Assembly: GCA_052327205.1 (NCBI GenBank)
Contig: CM126225.1
Span: 13,516,001 to 13,580,000 of the forward strand
Source of the DNA: Somniosus microcephalus
Lineage: Eukaryota
Length of the DNA stretch: 64,000 nt
Direction of reading: 5' to 3'
A model generated the notes under the pieces. The model ran no database searches and was not told the DNA's origin. It worked only from the letters and a program-made list of their open reading frames with translations. Position 1 is the first letter of the stretch; the number at the start of each line of letters is the position of its first letter. Made by a program: the position numbers and the translations under genes. Below are positions 52,151 to 64,000 of the stretch, in pieces.

Positions 52151-53904
52151 TACGTGACTATAAGTCAAAGGGGGCTTGAAATAAAGAGTAGATTGCCTTT
52201 CAAAAGCTAGGCTTTATTAACCTTAAAAAAACCAGCAAGTTTCCTGTACTTGAAAAGATTAAATGAGAAAAACCAACATACATAACCAGCTATTTGAAGA
52301 ATAAATCAGGAGTAGACACAAGAGTCATACATACCACTGTCCTAACCCTGGATTCAAATCCACTCCAGACTAATGGAAGGAAAGTTTGGAGTGTTTCAAT
52401 CCAACTCACTGGGGCCAAGCACAACAGTACAAAATAGCCACTAAATTGGCACTAATTGTCAATTTCACAAAGGGAAATCAAATGTAAGATCACATTGGTG
52501 CAGCAGCTGTTGCTCTTCCGAAGTTGGTGCCAAGGCACATTGCCAGGGCCGAATTGAGAGATTTACTCTGCAACTAACTGCACTCTACCTGGACTGGGAA
52601 TACGTCATTAGGTTATCTGCTAGAAGTAAAACTGTATTCCATTTGCCAGCACTAGCATTCGGCACTTTGGTTGGTATAGAAATTCACCAAAAGGCACCTA
52701 AAAATCCCAGTCCAAGATTTGTGTTTAGTTCACTGTCCTTAGCATGGGTGGTAGTGAGGGTGCTGCAAATGGCCTTATCATCTAGAAGCCAAACTAAACA
52801 GAAAAGTTTTCACAGATTGCTACTTAAAGCAAGTTTTCGTTAACATGCACAATTGGATTCTGAATATAGTATCTGACTTTGTGAGATGTCCTTCATGGTT
52901 GTACAAGTCATTAGCAGCGTGCTGTCTAATTTGAAGCATGAAACAGAAGGGAAAGGAGTGGGGGAAATATCAGTTTTGTTGTTCGCATGATGTGGCTCCA
53001 TCCCAAATTAGTTCAAAGAGATCAGTGTGCTGAGAGGAGCACTTAAATCACAATCCGCTTGATTCGTGAAACATCTGGAGTAGAAAACAGCTGGGTGCAG
53101 TTTCCACATTAGTATACATGTGACGTGTGAAAGTGCAAAAAAACCTCCTGATAAATTAGTAATAGGTCAAAAGCTAGAAAAAGTTTTTTTTTTTTTTTTA
53201 AATCTGTTTCTTGGTGAGGACTTTTTAAATGACCCAAATTAGTTTTACCAACTCGTAAATGTAGTTAACTGGTTTTAAATGCGGCAATGATCTTACAAAA
53301 CTCGGGACATCTTTTCTATGGTGAATTATAGCAGGCATGTACCAATGGAGACAAGAAAAATATGCCATTATCAAAGCCAGCCAAGTCCATGTCTACCAAC
53401 AATACACAGAGATTCAGGATTTGTTTTTGGAGGGGGGGGGGGGGGGGGTCTCACTTTTAAAACCATTTTTTAAAAAAAACATTGAATGTCTCTATTTGAA
53501 AGGGAATGACTGAGACTGTTATTTTTCAAAGAAGCACATGAATGCGCTTGTTTACGAGAGAAGACAACACACATTGGCAGGACTAGCCAAAGCAGCACTG
53601 CGTGCTGTTTGGCATTTGATATTCGGAAATTCTGTATGCGGCAATGAACCATAACAATTATGGCTTCTGAAACATACAACCTGTGAGTTCATTTTACTTC
53701 TGTTTAACTGTTGCTGCTTTCAGGACAAGTTGACAGAATTGTGAAAAGGCTGGTCTGTATTTTTTAAATACTACAAATGCCCAATTTTCGGTGGAAAAAT
53801 AGAAACCAACACCCACCTCCAAACCAAAAAGGCAAAAGTAAATATGCCAGCAACAAAATAATCCCAAACTTATGACTTTTAGTACACTATAAATTTCTAC
53901 ACAG

Positions 53905-54130
53905 TGACATGAATCAGTCATTCATGAAAGAAAGACTTATGAAATAATACTGAGCGGCCTGCTGGTGGCGCTGTCCAGGGAGAGTATAAATACTCGGGCA
54001 CGGGCCCAGCTTGCGCAGACATTCTTAACAGGAACTAGTGAAGGACACAACTAGACCTCCATGTTGTAAAACAGTTGATTAAAGCTTTGTTTAATGCTTC
54101 GACCAAGCGCCTAGAAGTTTTCTTACGTCA
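53905..54130 (+). mobile_element. Solo LTR, copy 2
   Basis: TG..CA termini, 5-bp duplication CACAG (53900-53904, 54131-54135), TATAAATA at 53985-53992, ATTAAA at 54078-54083. Confidence 0.88.
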
Positions 54131-55353
54131 CACAGTACTAACATTTCTCGACTAAAGAAACCAGTCTCAAGCAGTAGCACACGAAAAGGATGGCAAGACA
54201 ATAATAGTCTAGCACTTTTTTTTAATGAAAATGAATGCAAGAGATAATCCTCTTATCTCCACATAAAACACTGGTACTCTGTATAAAATATTAGACATAA
54301 AACACGGAGTTATAAGGTACACTTATGTACCAGTGAATCACCACAAAAGAGTTTACCTATTCCAAATGCCACTTCCCAGATGAATGCAAGGTCTTCCATG
54401 GGCAATGCAATCAGATTGTCGGACACGGACATGATTTACAATAATTGCATAAATGCACAAAGAAACTGCACACGTTTTGTTTAGCTTGGAGTGGACATCC
54501 CAGTGTATAACAGTTCAGTAATTCTTCTTTACAGCATGATTTTTGCACTGAAAGACAAATCGATAAGGCTTGAAACGAACAATCTCATAAGCATTCCCAC
54601 GACTGAAAGGCACAGCTGTGACCAGTGCATCCATTTTGCTCTCATTTGATTGAAACTATGACCAGATTGCCACATTTGTTCCGAATCCTGTCTATAATCT
54701 ATCTTCCACTCAAAAGGCAGAATTTTCAATTTAAGGAATTGGGTAGATACAAGATGTGGTCATTTTCCATGTGAAATTTAGCAAAGTTATCAGGCTTCGT
54801 GGCTCACCCAGTAACCACTATTCCAGAGTCGCTCATTATTCCTTTTCTCTCCACACAAGTGACAGAACAAAACATCAAGGCTCTTTCAACTACCCAATGT
54901 GATTCAAACTGCAGTAGTATTTTGCAGCACATCATTTGTGCCACTGTGCTCTGACTCATACTGCAGTGGTATCAAATTCTTCTTTCACTGAACATTACAG
55001 GGCAATAAACTCAGTGTACATTTCAAGCCAACTCAGTGGGGGTGGGACTAAGGGTCAAGCCACAAAGGGTCAGATGCAGCAAGAAAACAATTGAACTTTT
55101 AGTTTTGGTAAGCTGAGAAACAAAGTAACTCACTAGTTTGTCAATAATATTTCTAGTATTTTCATAATTTCTCTGTTTATTGGTATGTTTATTAGAAAAG
55201 GTGTCCCGAGTTGAAGTGAGTGAAAAACAGCGGCAAGTTATTAACTTGTAATATTCAGAGAAGTGAAAGACATATCATTGCAGTATGAGTCATGATAAAA
55301 TAATACTTAACTAAGAGTAAGTTGGTGCATTATTATTGCAGTTTGAATTCTAA

Positions 55354-57120
55354 GGCCAGAATTTTCCGGGGGCGGGGTTCAGCGGGCGTGATCGGTGACA
55401 GGTCAGGTGGGAAATTAGATTTTTTTTGACAGCGGGTCGGGACCCTGCTGTCAACCTGCCGCAACGCGCCTTTCCCAATGTCGGGTCTATCAGCACTGAG
55501 CAGAGCAGACAGGCAGTGGCGTGCGAATCAATTAAACTCATTCGCACCTAGTTGACAAGCATTAACAGGCTTTTTTAACTTATCTTTTGACTTTAACTTC
55601 GTGGCCACGGGAACCACACTGTTTGGGGACCACAGCTGTCAACCTGAGGCGGGAGTTCAGTGGCCATTGCTCCAGCTGATTACTTGACAGCTTCAAATGT
55701 ACAGTAAAAGCTCCCAATTGACAGATCATCACTTTCCTCAGCCACAAGCTGTTTCTCAATCCATTTCCAGCACAGATTCTGCAGGCTTTCCACTTTCCAT
55801 CCACTCAACCTATTTGGAAGAACTCTCTCACCATTGACAGAATGCTTCTGTTATCTCTACTTCACCTGCCATCTATTCCATCAACATGGGTGCCCTTTAT
55901 ACTGTCTCACCTTGCTCCTCAGAATCCCACCACGATCAGTACCCGACACCAGCAGCACCAGGCACATCAGCAGCACCAACACCACCAACCTTCTCTGCAA
56001 TCACCTGATGCCGCACAGGACACAGGGCATCAGCACCCGAGCACATTGCTGCCTGGGAGGCCAGGGATGGCCTCACCATGGCCAGACTTACTTCACTTGA
56101 CACTGTGCACTCCGGCTGCCACATGATGTGCTAGGTTGGCATCACCCCACACCAACACCATAAAGCATCCCTTCAATGTCCAAACCATTCCTTTCACACT
56201 CACCACCATTGTGGGGAATAACGTTATGTCTCACCATTCACTGCAACTCACTAAACCACTTCCAAAGGTACACACAAGTCTGTCCAAGAACAGAAAGTGT
56301 TGAAAACAAAAGGTTTCAATGTTTGACAGCACAACAGAAACTTTACATGAACATTGCATAAAACACTCAAATGCTACCCTTGTGTGTTGTTAGTTGCTAT
56401 GATTGCACTAGGATGAGGGCGAGTGTGAGGGGTGGCTAGTGAGATGGGGATGTGATAATGTAGATAGAGAGGGGGATGGGTAGAGGTCCATGATAAGTTG
56501 GTGTGAGCAAGGATGTGCAGGAGTAGGGTAGGGAAGGCAGAGTGATAGGGATGTGATGAGAGGCACAGCAGAAGGAAGCTGAGCGTGGCTTTGTACTAAC
56601 TTTTTGTGATCTAATGAGATAATTGAAAGGTTTGTGGCACTGCACCCAGGTCCTCCTGACCACATCCCTGCTTGTGACCTCCTCTGCAACGTGCAACCAG
56701 GCTGTGTTGGTCTCCTGGAGAGGTGTCTTCGGCCCATCGGAAGGGAAGAAGACCTCCCTGCATGCTGTGAATCCCTCCATAAGCATATAGTGGGAGTCAT
56801 GGGACAACCTGGGTGCAGCCCTGCACCTCTGTGCAGTCATTGCCAGTGTTTGCAGCACTTCAATGCTGTAGAACACTTACAGCACAAATGACAAAATAAA
56901 GTTGGTCATGGTCCTGTTAAGGAAATCGGCTGATGATGCGTCATGAATGACGTCACCAGACCAGTTTCCTCTAATTGGACTGGGAAATGCGCTGGGCAGG
57001 CGTAATAAGCCCCATCAATGGAAAATCATTTTCCAGAGCGGGATGGAGCCAGCAGTGGGGTCAGGACCCACCACTGACCCCGACTGCACCAGACCTGCCG
57101 AGGTAAGGAATATTTCGGCT
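55354..57120 (-). mobile_element. Internally deleted PIF/Harbinger transposon (Myb/SANT exon on -, probable transposase 5' remnant on +)
   Basis: Imperfect TIRs ggccagaattttcc / ggaatatttcggct and TAA duplication (55351-55353, 57121-57123). Myb exon at 56840-56601; plus-strand ATG at 55886 (MGALY..) runs into a frameshifted Q/H-rich stretch. Confidence 0.82.
56601..56840 (-). pseudogene. Harbinger Myb/SANT-like first coding exon (80 open codons)
   Basis: MTAQRCRAAPRLSHDSHYMLMEGFTACREVFFPSDGPKTPLQETNTAWLHVAEEVTSRDVVRRTWVQCHKPFNYLIRSQK then AAA|gttagt; homologous to the ORF at 317. Confidence 0.8.
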
Positions 57121-57291
57121 TAAGAAACCAATGAGCCAGAAAAAAATGCCTCAGCCTAAATTCCTCACTGTACAATCCAGCCCATTTATTTGATCTTGGT
57201 GCAAGGTTCGGCAATATTTCTCCCTGATACTCCCTCCTTAAAAGTTAATTGTGCAAAACACGAGAACTGCTTAGCATCAGTGCAAAGCAGA

Positions 57292-57816
57292 TGCACCAAT
57301 TCTGATCGCCATATTATAAAAAGGATATAGAGGCATAGGAGAGGGTGCAAAAAAGATTTACAAGGATGCTCCCAGAAATGCGAGGGTATACCTATCAGGA
57401 AAGGATGAACAGGCTGGGTAAGGATGAGGGGTGACCTAATAGAGGTCTTTAAAATTATGAAAGGTAATGATAGAGTAAAGAGAGAGAGTGTGTTTCCACT
57501 TGTGGGGAAGAGTAAAACTGGAGGCCATCAATATAAGAGAGTCACCAAGAAATCCAATAGGGAATTCAGAAGAATCTTCTTTACCCAGAGTGGTGAGAAT
57601 GTGGAACTCGCTACCACAGGGAGTGGTTGAAACGAATAGTACAGATGCATTTTAGGGGAGGCTAGAGAAGCATATGAGAGAGAAGGGAATAGAGGGTTAT
57701 ACTGATATAGTTAGATGAGGAAAGACATCAGGCGGCTTGAGTGGAGCATAAACGTCAGCATGGACTGGTTGGGCCGAATGGCCCGTTTCTGCGCTGTATA
57801 TCCGATGTAATCCTAT
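57292..57816 (+). mobile_element. CR1 LINE 3' fragment
   Basis: RMRGDLIEVFKIMKG..EFRRIFFTQ and CR1 3' UTR gggccgaatggcc. Confidence 0.88.
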
Positions 57817-58035
57817 GCACCAATGCTACAGTTACAATATAAAAACAGCCAAATAAAGCACTCACGTTTCACGTTGTAATATACTGCATACTAAATGCAA
57901 GATCGAGGGGTTTGGATCTAAGAATTAGACCCCAGGAGTTTATAAAAGAATAGGTACCTAAACAATCATGTCGTACTCTAATTTGGATGCCTTGTTGTGC
58001 AAGCTTTCTGCATCCTGGTAAATCAATCTGCACTC

Positions 58036-58817
58036 TCGCGCCATACAAGTGCCAGGCAATGACTATCTCCAACAAGCGAGAGTCTAACCACCGCCCCTTG
58101 ACATTCAATGGCATTACCATCACCGAATCCTCCACCATCAACATCCTGGGGGTCACCATTGACCAGAAACTTAACTGGACCAGCCACATAAATACTGTGG
58201 CAACAAGAGGTCAGAGGCTAGGTATTCTGCGCCGAGTGTCTCACCTCCTGACTCCCCAAAGCCTTTCCACCATCTACAAGGTACAAGTCAGGAGTGTGAT
58301 GGAATACTCTCCACTTGCCTGGATGAGTGCAGCTCCAACAACGCTCAAGAAGCTCGACACCATCCAGGACAAAGCAACCCGCTTGATTGGCACCCCATCC
58401 ACCACCTTAAACATCCACTCCCTCCACCACCAGCGTACCATGGCTGCAGTGTGCACCATCTACAAGATACACTGTAGCAACTTGCCAAGACTTCTTCGGC
58501 AGCACCTCCCAAGCCCGCAACCTCTTCCACCTAGAAGGACAAGGGCAGCTGGCGCATGGGAACACCACCATCTCCAAGTTCCCCTCCAAGTCTCACACCA
58601 TCCTGACTTGGAAATATATCGCTGATCCTTCATCGTCGCTGGGTCAAAATCCTGAAACTCCCTACCTAACAGCACTGTGGGAGCACCTTCACCACACGGA
58701 CTGCAGTGGTTCAAGGCGGCAGCTCACCACCACCTTCTCAAGGGCAATTAGGGATGGACAATAAATGCTAGCACTGCCAGCAACGCCCACATCCCATGAA
58801 CGAATAAAAAAAAAAAA
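58036..58817 (+). mobile_element. CR1-group non-LTR retrotransposon of a distinct lineage, with poly(A) tail
   Basis: KCQAMTIS..INILGVTIDQKLNWTSHI..IYKVQVRSVMEYSPLAW..KLDTIQ (RT C-terminus); ends aataaaaaaaaaaaa. Confidence 0.85.
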
Positions 58818-59337
58818 GCTCGGCTCAATATGAGGGGGCTTGTAATATTCATAAATTCATCCCTTATGTCGCAGGGTTTTTTGTACAATGGTATAATAAA
58901 GACTTTAAACTAAAAGGACATCACCTCAAGTGTTGATGCACTTTTCTAACTGAAGACGGAAAATGTCTTATAGGCCAGAGATTTGTAGAGTTATAAACTG
59001 CTCAAATAATGATGAAAAAAAGTTTAAAATGCAATAAAACTGAAAAGGTTAAAAGTAAACTCAATTTCCAATTGCAGCAGTTTTCTTTGTTAGGTTCCTT
59101 AAAATTTCCAATAGGTTTTCTGCAAGAAAGTAGGTCAATTGTGTTATTGATTTGACTCAGGCATGATACTGTAAAAAGTCAACATTTTGCATCCATAATG
59201 CACAACACTCGCCTTATGCGGCTGTACCCAAGGATATCTGCAACATTTGCTGTTGGAATTCGAACTCCTTTTGTGCAGCAGCAACTTACCAGTAGTCACA
59301 CACCAACACTGAGCTTTTTAGCAAATGATTCCGATGT

Positions 59338-59908
59338 GTGCCTTTGTTACCTCTAGACTCGACTATTCCAACGCTCTCCTGGACAGCCTCCAATCTTCCA
59401 CCCTAGTTAAACGAGCTCATCCAAAATTCTGCTGCCCGTATCTTAACTTGCACCAAGTCCCGTTCACCCATCATCTCTGTGCTCGCTGACCTACATTGGT
59501 TCCTGGTCTGGCAACACCTCGATTTTAAAATTCTCATCCTTGTTTTCAAATCCCTCCATGGCCTCACCCCCCTCCCCATCTCTGTAACTTCCTCCAGCCC
59601 TACAACCCACCGAGATATCTGCGCTTCTCCAATCCTCTTGCGCATCCCAAATTTTAATTGCTGCACCATTGGGAGCCGTGCCTTCAGCTGCTTAGGCCCT
59701 AAACTCTGGAATTCCCTCCATAAACCTCTCTGCCTCTCTCTCCTCCTTCAGGATGCTCCTTAAAACCTACCTCTGATCAAGCTTTTGGTCATCTGTCCTA
59801 ACATCTCCTTATGTGGCTCGGTGTCAAATTTTGTTTGATAAAGCTCCCATGAAGCGCCTTGGGTCGTTTTACGACGTTAAAGGCGCTATATAAATGCAAG
59901 CTGTTGTA
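59338..59908 (+). mobile_element. L2 LINE 3' end
   Basis: AFVTSRLDYSNALL..IQNSAARIL..LADLHW..RAFSCLGPKLWNSL and tail aaaggcgctatataaatgcaagctgttg. Confidence 0.92.
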
Positions 59909-60954
59909 ATTTAGCAGAGGAACCGATTTTCAGATTGGTCAAGCTTTCTTAAATAATTTTCTGCAAGAAGGGTAATTTTATACGTTTTATTTATACTTCA
60001 TGCCTTGTAAAGGTCGCATTTAATTCTTATTAGGATCTCTTAAGCTGAATGAAAACTCCATGGTTTCCACACAGCTTGGGGCAGGCCCAGATTCAATACA
60101 CACATTGGACAGTAATAAAGTGCCAGCTCAATGAATTGAGAGATTTCACTTCACCCCAGAGCTCAGTAGACTCAATGAATTTCATGCTACCCTAAAGCAA
60201 GTCACACAACCCAAGCCATCCACCAAATATAGTGTGGTAAGTGATCAATATTACTTGATCACACAGTAAAAGGAAGCGTCAAGTCTGCAACAAATGTTAA
60301 TCTGTTGCTTGGCTACAAACAAAGCTTTTGAACTTTATCTTGAATCAGCATGGTTTTCAACGATGCCCCAATTCATTGTAACGTTCTATAACTTGTTCCA
60401 TTGCAAAAAATAAGAATCTTTGAAAATAATAAAAAGTGCCCGACAGCAGCCACAAAGTTATTACCAATATAATGATTTGTTAAAGAGGTTTCCGATCTGT
60501 CAACCATTATTAAAACATTTAACTCATCAAGGCCGGGCAGTTTCACGAGCGCTTAGTTTACGCACTCACATCACTGTCTTCTGCTCATCATCCTTGTACT
60601 CTTACAAAATACAAAAGCGGTGATTTCACCTTCCGGAAACAGCTTCCATGTAAAAATAAAGATGAGTATGTACAAAAAACGAGATTTGATATCAGTCTGC
60701 TATTTACAAATGTGATATTATTAGATTTCACTGCATTTATCCCTATGGTGTGGATAATGTAAAACAAAAGCATGCAATCCACAAAAAAGTTTTAAATCTG
60801 ATTTACACAGGCAAGTGAAGCATATTTGGTACTATTGATACTTCAAGCTGTCATACTAGTCTAAAGTGACAAAAATCATTCCCGGCAACATCACTTTGAT
60901 ACAGATTAGATGCAACCTTCTGGAGTCAGCAAGATTTCCTTCTCCTATTTTAAT

Positions 60955-61512
60955 CTACATTATACAAGGTAATGGTGAGACCACACCTTGAGTACTGCGT
61001 ACAGTTTTGGTCTCCTTAAATAAGGAAGGATATACTTGCATTGGAGGCAGTTCAGAGACGATTCACTAGGTTAAAGGTTGAGCAGGTTGGGCCTATACTC
61101 ATTGGAATTTAGAAGAATGAGGTGTGATCTTATTGAAACATATAAGATACTGGAGGGGGCTTGACAGGGTAGATGCAGAGAGGATGTTTCCCCTCGTGGA
61201 AGGAATCTAGAACGCGGGGGCACAGTTTCAGAATAAAGGGTCGCCCTTTTATAACTGAGATGAGGAGGAATTTTTTCTCTGAGGGTCGTGAATCTGTGGA
61301 ATTCTCTGCCCCAGAGAGCCGTGGAGGCTGGGTCATTAAATACATTTACGGTGGAGATAGACAGATTTTTGCAAGATAAGGGAGTGAAAGGGTTATGGGG
61401 AGCGGGTGGGGAAGTGGCTTTGAGTCCAAGATCAGCCATGATCTTATTGAATGGCGGAGCAGGCTCGAGGAGCCAAGTGGCCTATTCCTGCTCCTATTTC
61501 TTATGTTCTTAT
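60955..61512 (+). mobile_element. CR1 LINE 3' fragment
   Basis: VRPHLEYCVQFWSP, SRTRGHSFRIKGRPFITEMRRNFF and tail cttatgttcttatg. Confidence 0.92.
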
Positions 61513-63779
61513 GGCAGGTACCCCATTACGAATAAAAGAGCTATATTTTGAGTGACACCGTATGAATCTCATTAACACTGCAACAACTAATAAATTAGAT
61601 ATTGTTTTGCATAGAACATAGGCATTGCTAGACGAAAAAAAGGCCACAGTCTCTCTAGTTCATCCTCTGCCAACTTGGTAGCTGCATGATACAACAATAA
61701 CGTAGTTGTTGACTAATCATGGAAATCAATCTCTTTCAATTAGTCCAGTGTTGTCCAATGCTAGCTACTAGCCACAAGCAGCTCATTGGGAAACCAGATG
61801 GGGTTAATTGCATTTCCGATTAGTGAATAAAAAATTACACCGTAGTTGGGCACGTGATCTCAGCATTCGTTGGTAAAATGATGAGATAAAAAGTATAGTA
61901 TGCAAGTGTCTTTTCATTGTTGTGAACGCTTTACTTCCTTGGTAACTGAACAGTGGTAGGTGTTTGTTAAGTAAATATATATGTGAAGTGCATTTACCTG
62001 TATTGTGTGTGCCTGCAAGGAGTTTTCTACTAAAATTAGTGCGTATGGTTAAAATGGTGTCGCCATAGCCAAACTTGTGGCTAATCAGCAATTTCTATTG
62101 GAGTGAATTAGTCTGCGACAGACCCAGACATGAGATGAGGCAAATCCCCAGTGGAACCATTGGTCCCAAGTCACCCGTTCCTGCCAAGCATGTTACACTT
62201 ACCATATGTCATGGGTTATATAGTGAAAATTACTTGCATATTGGGAGTAATTACAGAGATGCACTGTGTGATTGTTAACTAAAACAGGTGACTGCCAATA
62301 CAGGCAAAATATATAGTTCTGAAAACCATTGCAACTTTGAAAGCATTTCAAATTCATTTTCACCTCTGCCGATCCAGTACTGCTGCTCCACCAACATGAC
62401 ATATCCACTTAAATCAGCTGAAACAGTCAACGAGAAACAAAGAGCTGAGACCACTACCTCAAGCACTTTGGCCAACTGCCTGTTCATTTCAGTAGCACAT
62501 TAATACATCACAACCAGCTGTGGATATGATATGATATGATCCCAGACATGTAAAGCATTCCGATAAGCCAATGTTATTGCATTTGAAGCAGTACAGGAAC
62601 AATTAGGCTTTGACGAAATGTCTGTTTACTGAAAAATGATTGATGTCACTATGTATTAAAAAACCTGCTTAAATTTAATACAGGGCAAGAATTAAAGTGG
62701 AATCCAATACATTATTAAGTAAATGTTATTTTAACACGCAGTAGACTGCAGCGACAGCAAAGGAGATGCGGCTGAAGAGGAAATGAACTCTGATGAAGTC
62801 ACTCAGAATTCTCCATTTTCATAAAAAGTTTCCAGCTTATTTCTTTAATCAGGACAGTCTGCGTTCACATATTTATGGTACCCACCCGAATTTACAATCC
62901 TGTAATTACCAGCAAAAGATGCAATTAAGGACTCGCAGTTCCCATGATTACATTCAACCCCCGTGAACATATTACTTATATTTAAAACTAGTGCCCGACA
63001 CTGCTGATTGCAATATTCCATTGCACACCAACATCGATCCATCCGAACCACACAAAATTCAACCAGGTTTCCACACTATGACTGTTCCCCATTCTCCTGC
63101 CACCATTAATCCACCCTGCCTAGCCTCCGCTCTACTTCTTCCCAGGCCATCCATATCGTCTTCCAGCTCTGCTGCCCACTCTCCTCCAAATGCTGTAGCT
63201 CGAGTTCTGCTCTCTGCCTCAGTGACTTTAGGAACACCCTCTCTCCCTGGCCTCTACACTTACTTGACAATCTTTGGCCCCACATCCTGTATGAATGACA
63301 GACTACCCCCACCCATCTCCTCTTGCTGGAGTTCAGCTGCCAAGCTGCTTAGGCCTTGCACTAAGATGTCCGCTCCTACTGCCTAAATGCTGCATTTCCA
63401 CTCAGCCCAGTTTCCTTCACAGCCTGAGGTACCAACATTTTTACTCCCTTCCTGCCTCATTTCAGTTTTGTCACCTCTTCCTGGCCAAAGCCCCCCATTT
63501 CCACCCAGCTCAGAACCCGACCAAATCAAGCCCCAGTCTCTCTCCTACTAATGTTGCAGTGGCTCCCTGCACCCCCCAATGCATCAGTACTGATCGGGGT
63601 CTTGTTCCAGACCTATCACAATGGCCACAGGAAGACCATCTAGCCTGCAATAGCCCACGGTTCTGCCCTCCAACTTTGTCCCAAGCAAGGCCCAGCCCCT
63701 ATTCTTAAAGACCCCAGCCTGGCCCTCTCTTGCCTTCATCCTCCTGCTGCTTCCACACAGCCCAGCAGCACCATAGGTT

Positions 63780-64000
63780 ATATTATATAGTCAAAAAGGA
63801 AGGTGTTGAAAATAAATGGGGAGGGTGGCCAAGTGGAGAGGTTTAGGAAGAGAATTCCAGGGTGACGCAGTCTGGTTCCTTAAGCCTCTGCCACCAGCAC
63901 TGGAACATGACAAAGTAGAAGCCAAATGTCGGAGGTGGGCACTCAAACTGATAAGAGGCGGTTGGGGCTAGGAGAGGGGATTGGCAATATAGGAGCTGTT
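63780..64000 (-). mobile_element. Degenerate L2 3' fragment
   Basis: ggagaggtttaggaagagaattccagg resembles the reverse complement of the L2 at about 59700-59740. Confidence 0.5.

Noticed and set aside
62990-63760. C-rich plus-strand ORFs of 131 and 137 aa
   Set aside because: Low-complexity translations without recognisable motifs; probably an old decayed repeat that I could not classify.

Overview
Vertebrate genomic DNA, very probably a cartilaginous fish (shark), judging by its repeats (CR1 and L2 LINEs, Deu-domain tRNA SINEs, Penelope-type fold-backs, many PIF/Harbinger derivatives). The window holds the 3' part of GPATCH8 on the minus strand: the C2H2 zinc-finger exon (29210-29067), a 131-nt exon (13471-13341) and the 3.9-kb terminal coding exon (12039-8124; Lys-rich, RS-rich and His/Pro-rich regions), followed by an apparently repeat-free 3' UTR of about 3 kb. 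I did not find the upstream G-patch exons, so 29211-64000 looks like one intron of >34 kb. The introns are full of transposons: two internally deleted Harbinger elements with Myb/SANT and transposase 5' remnants (one lies 3' of the gene), several Harbinger MITEs, two Tigger-like MITE families, a hAT MITE, two solo LTRs in inverted orientation, LINE fragments and SINEs. The best leads, all untested inferences, are: (i) a sense-oriented Harbinger Myb/SANT first exon with promoter motifs, ATG and a phase-0 donor that could splice in frame onto the GPATCH8 zinc-finger exon; (ii) a 38-nt candidate poison exon with strong splice sites; (iii) an enhancer-like motif cluster at about 46.5 kb; (iv) non-canonical Harbinger target-site duplications confirmed by empty sites inside the window. 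All coordinates were read by eye and no database searches were run.
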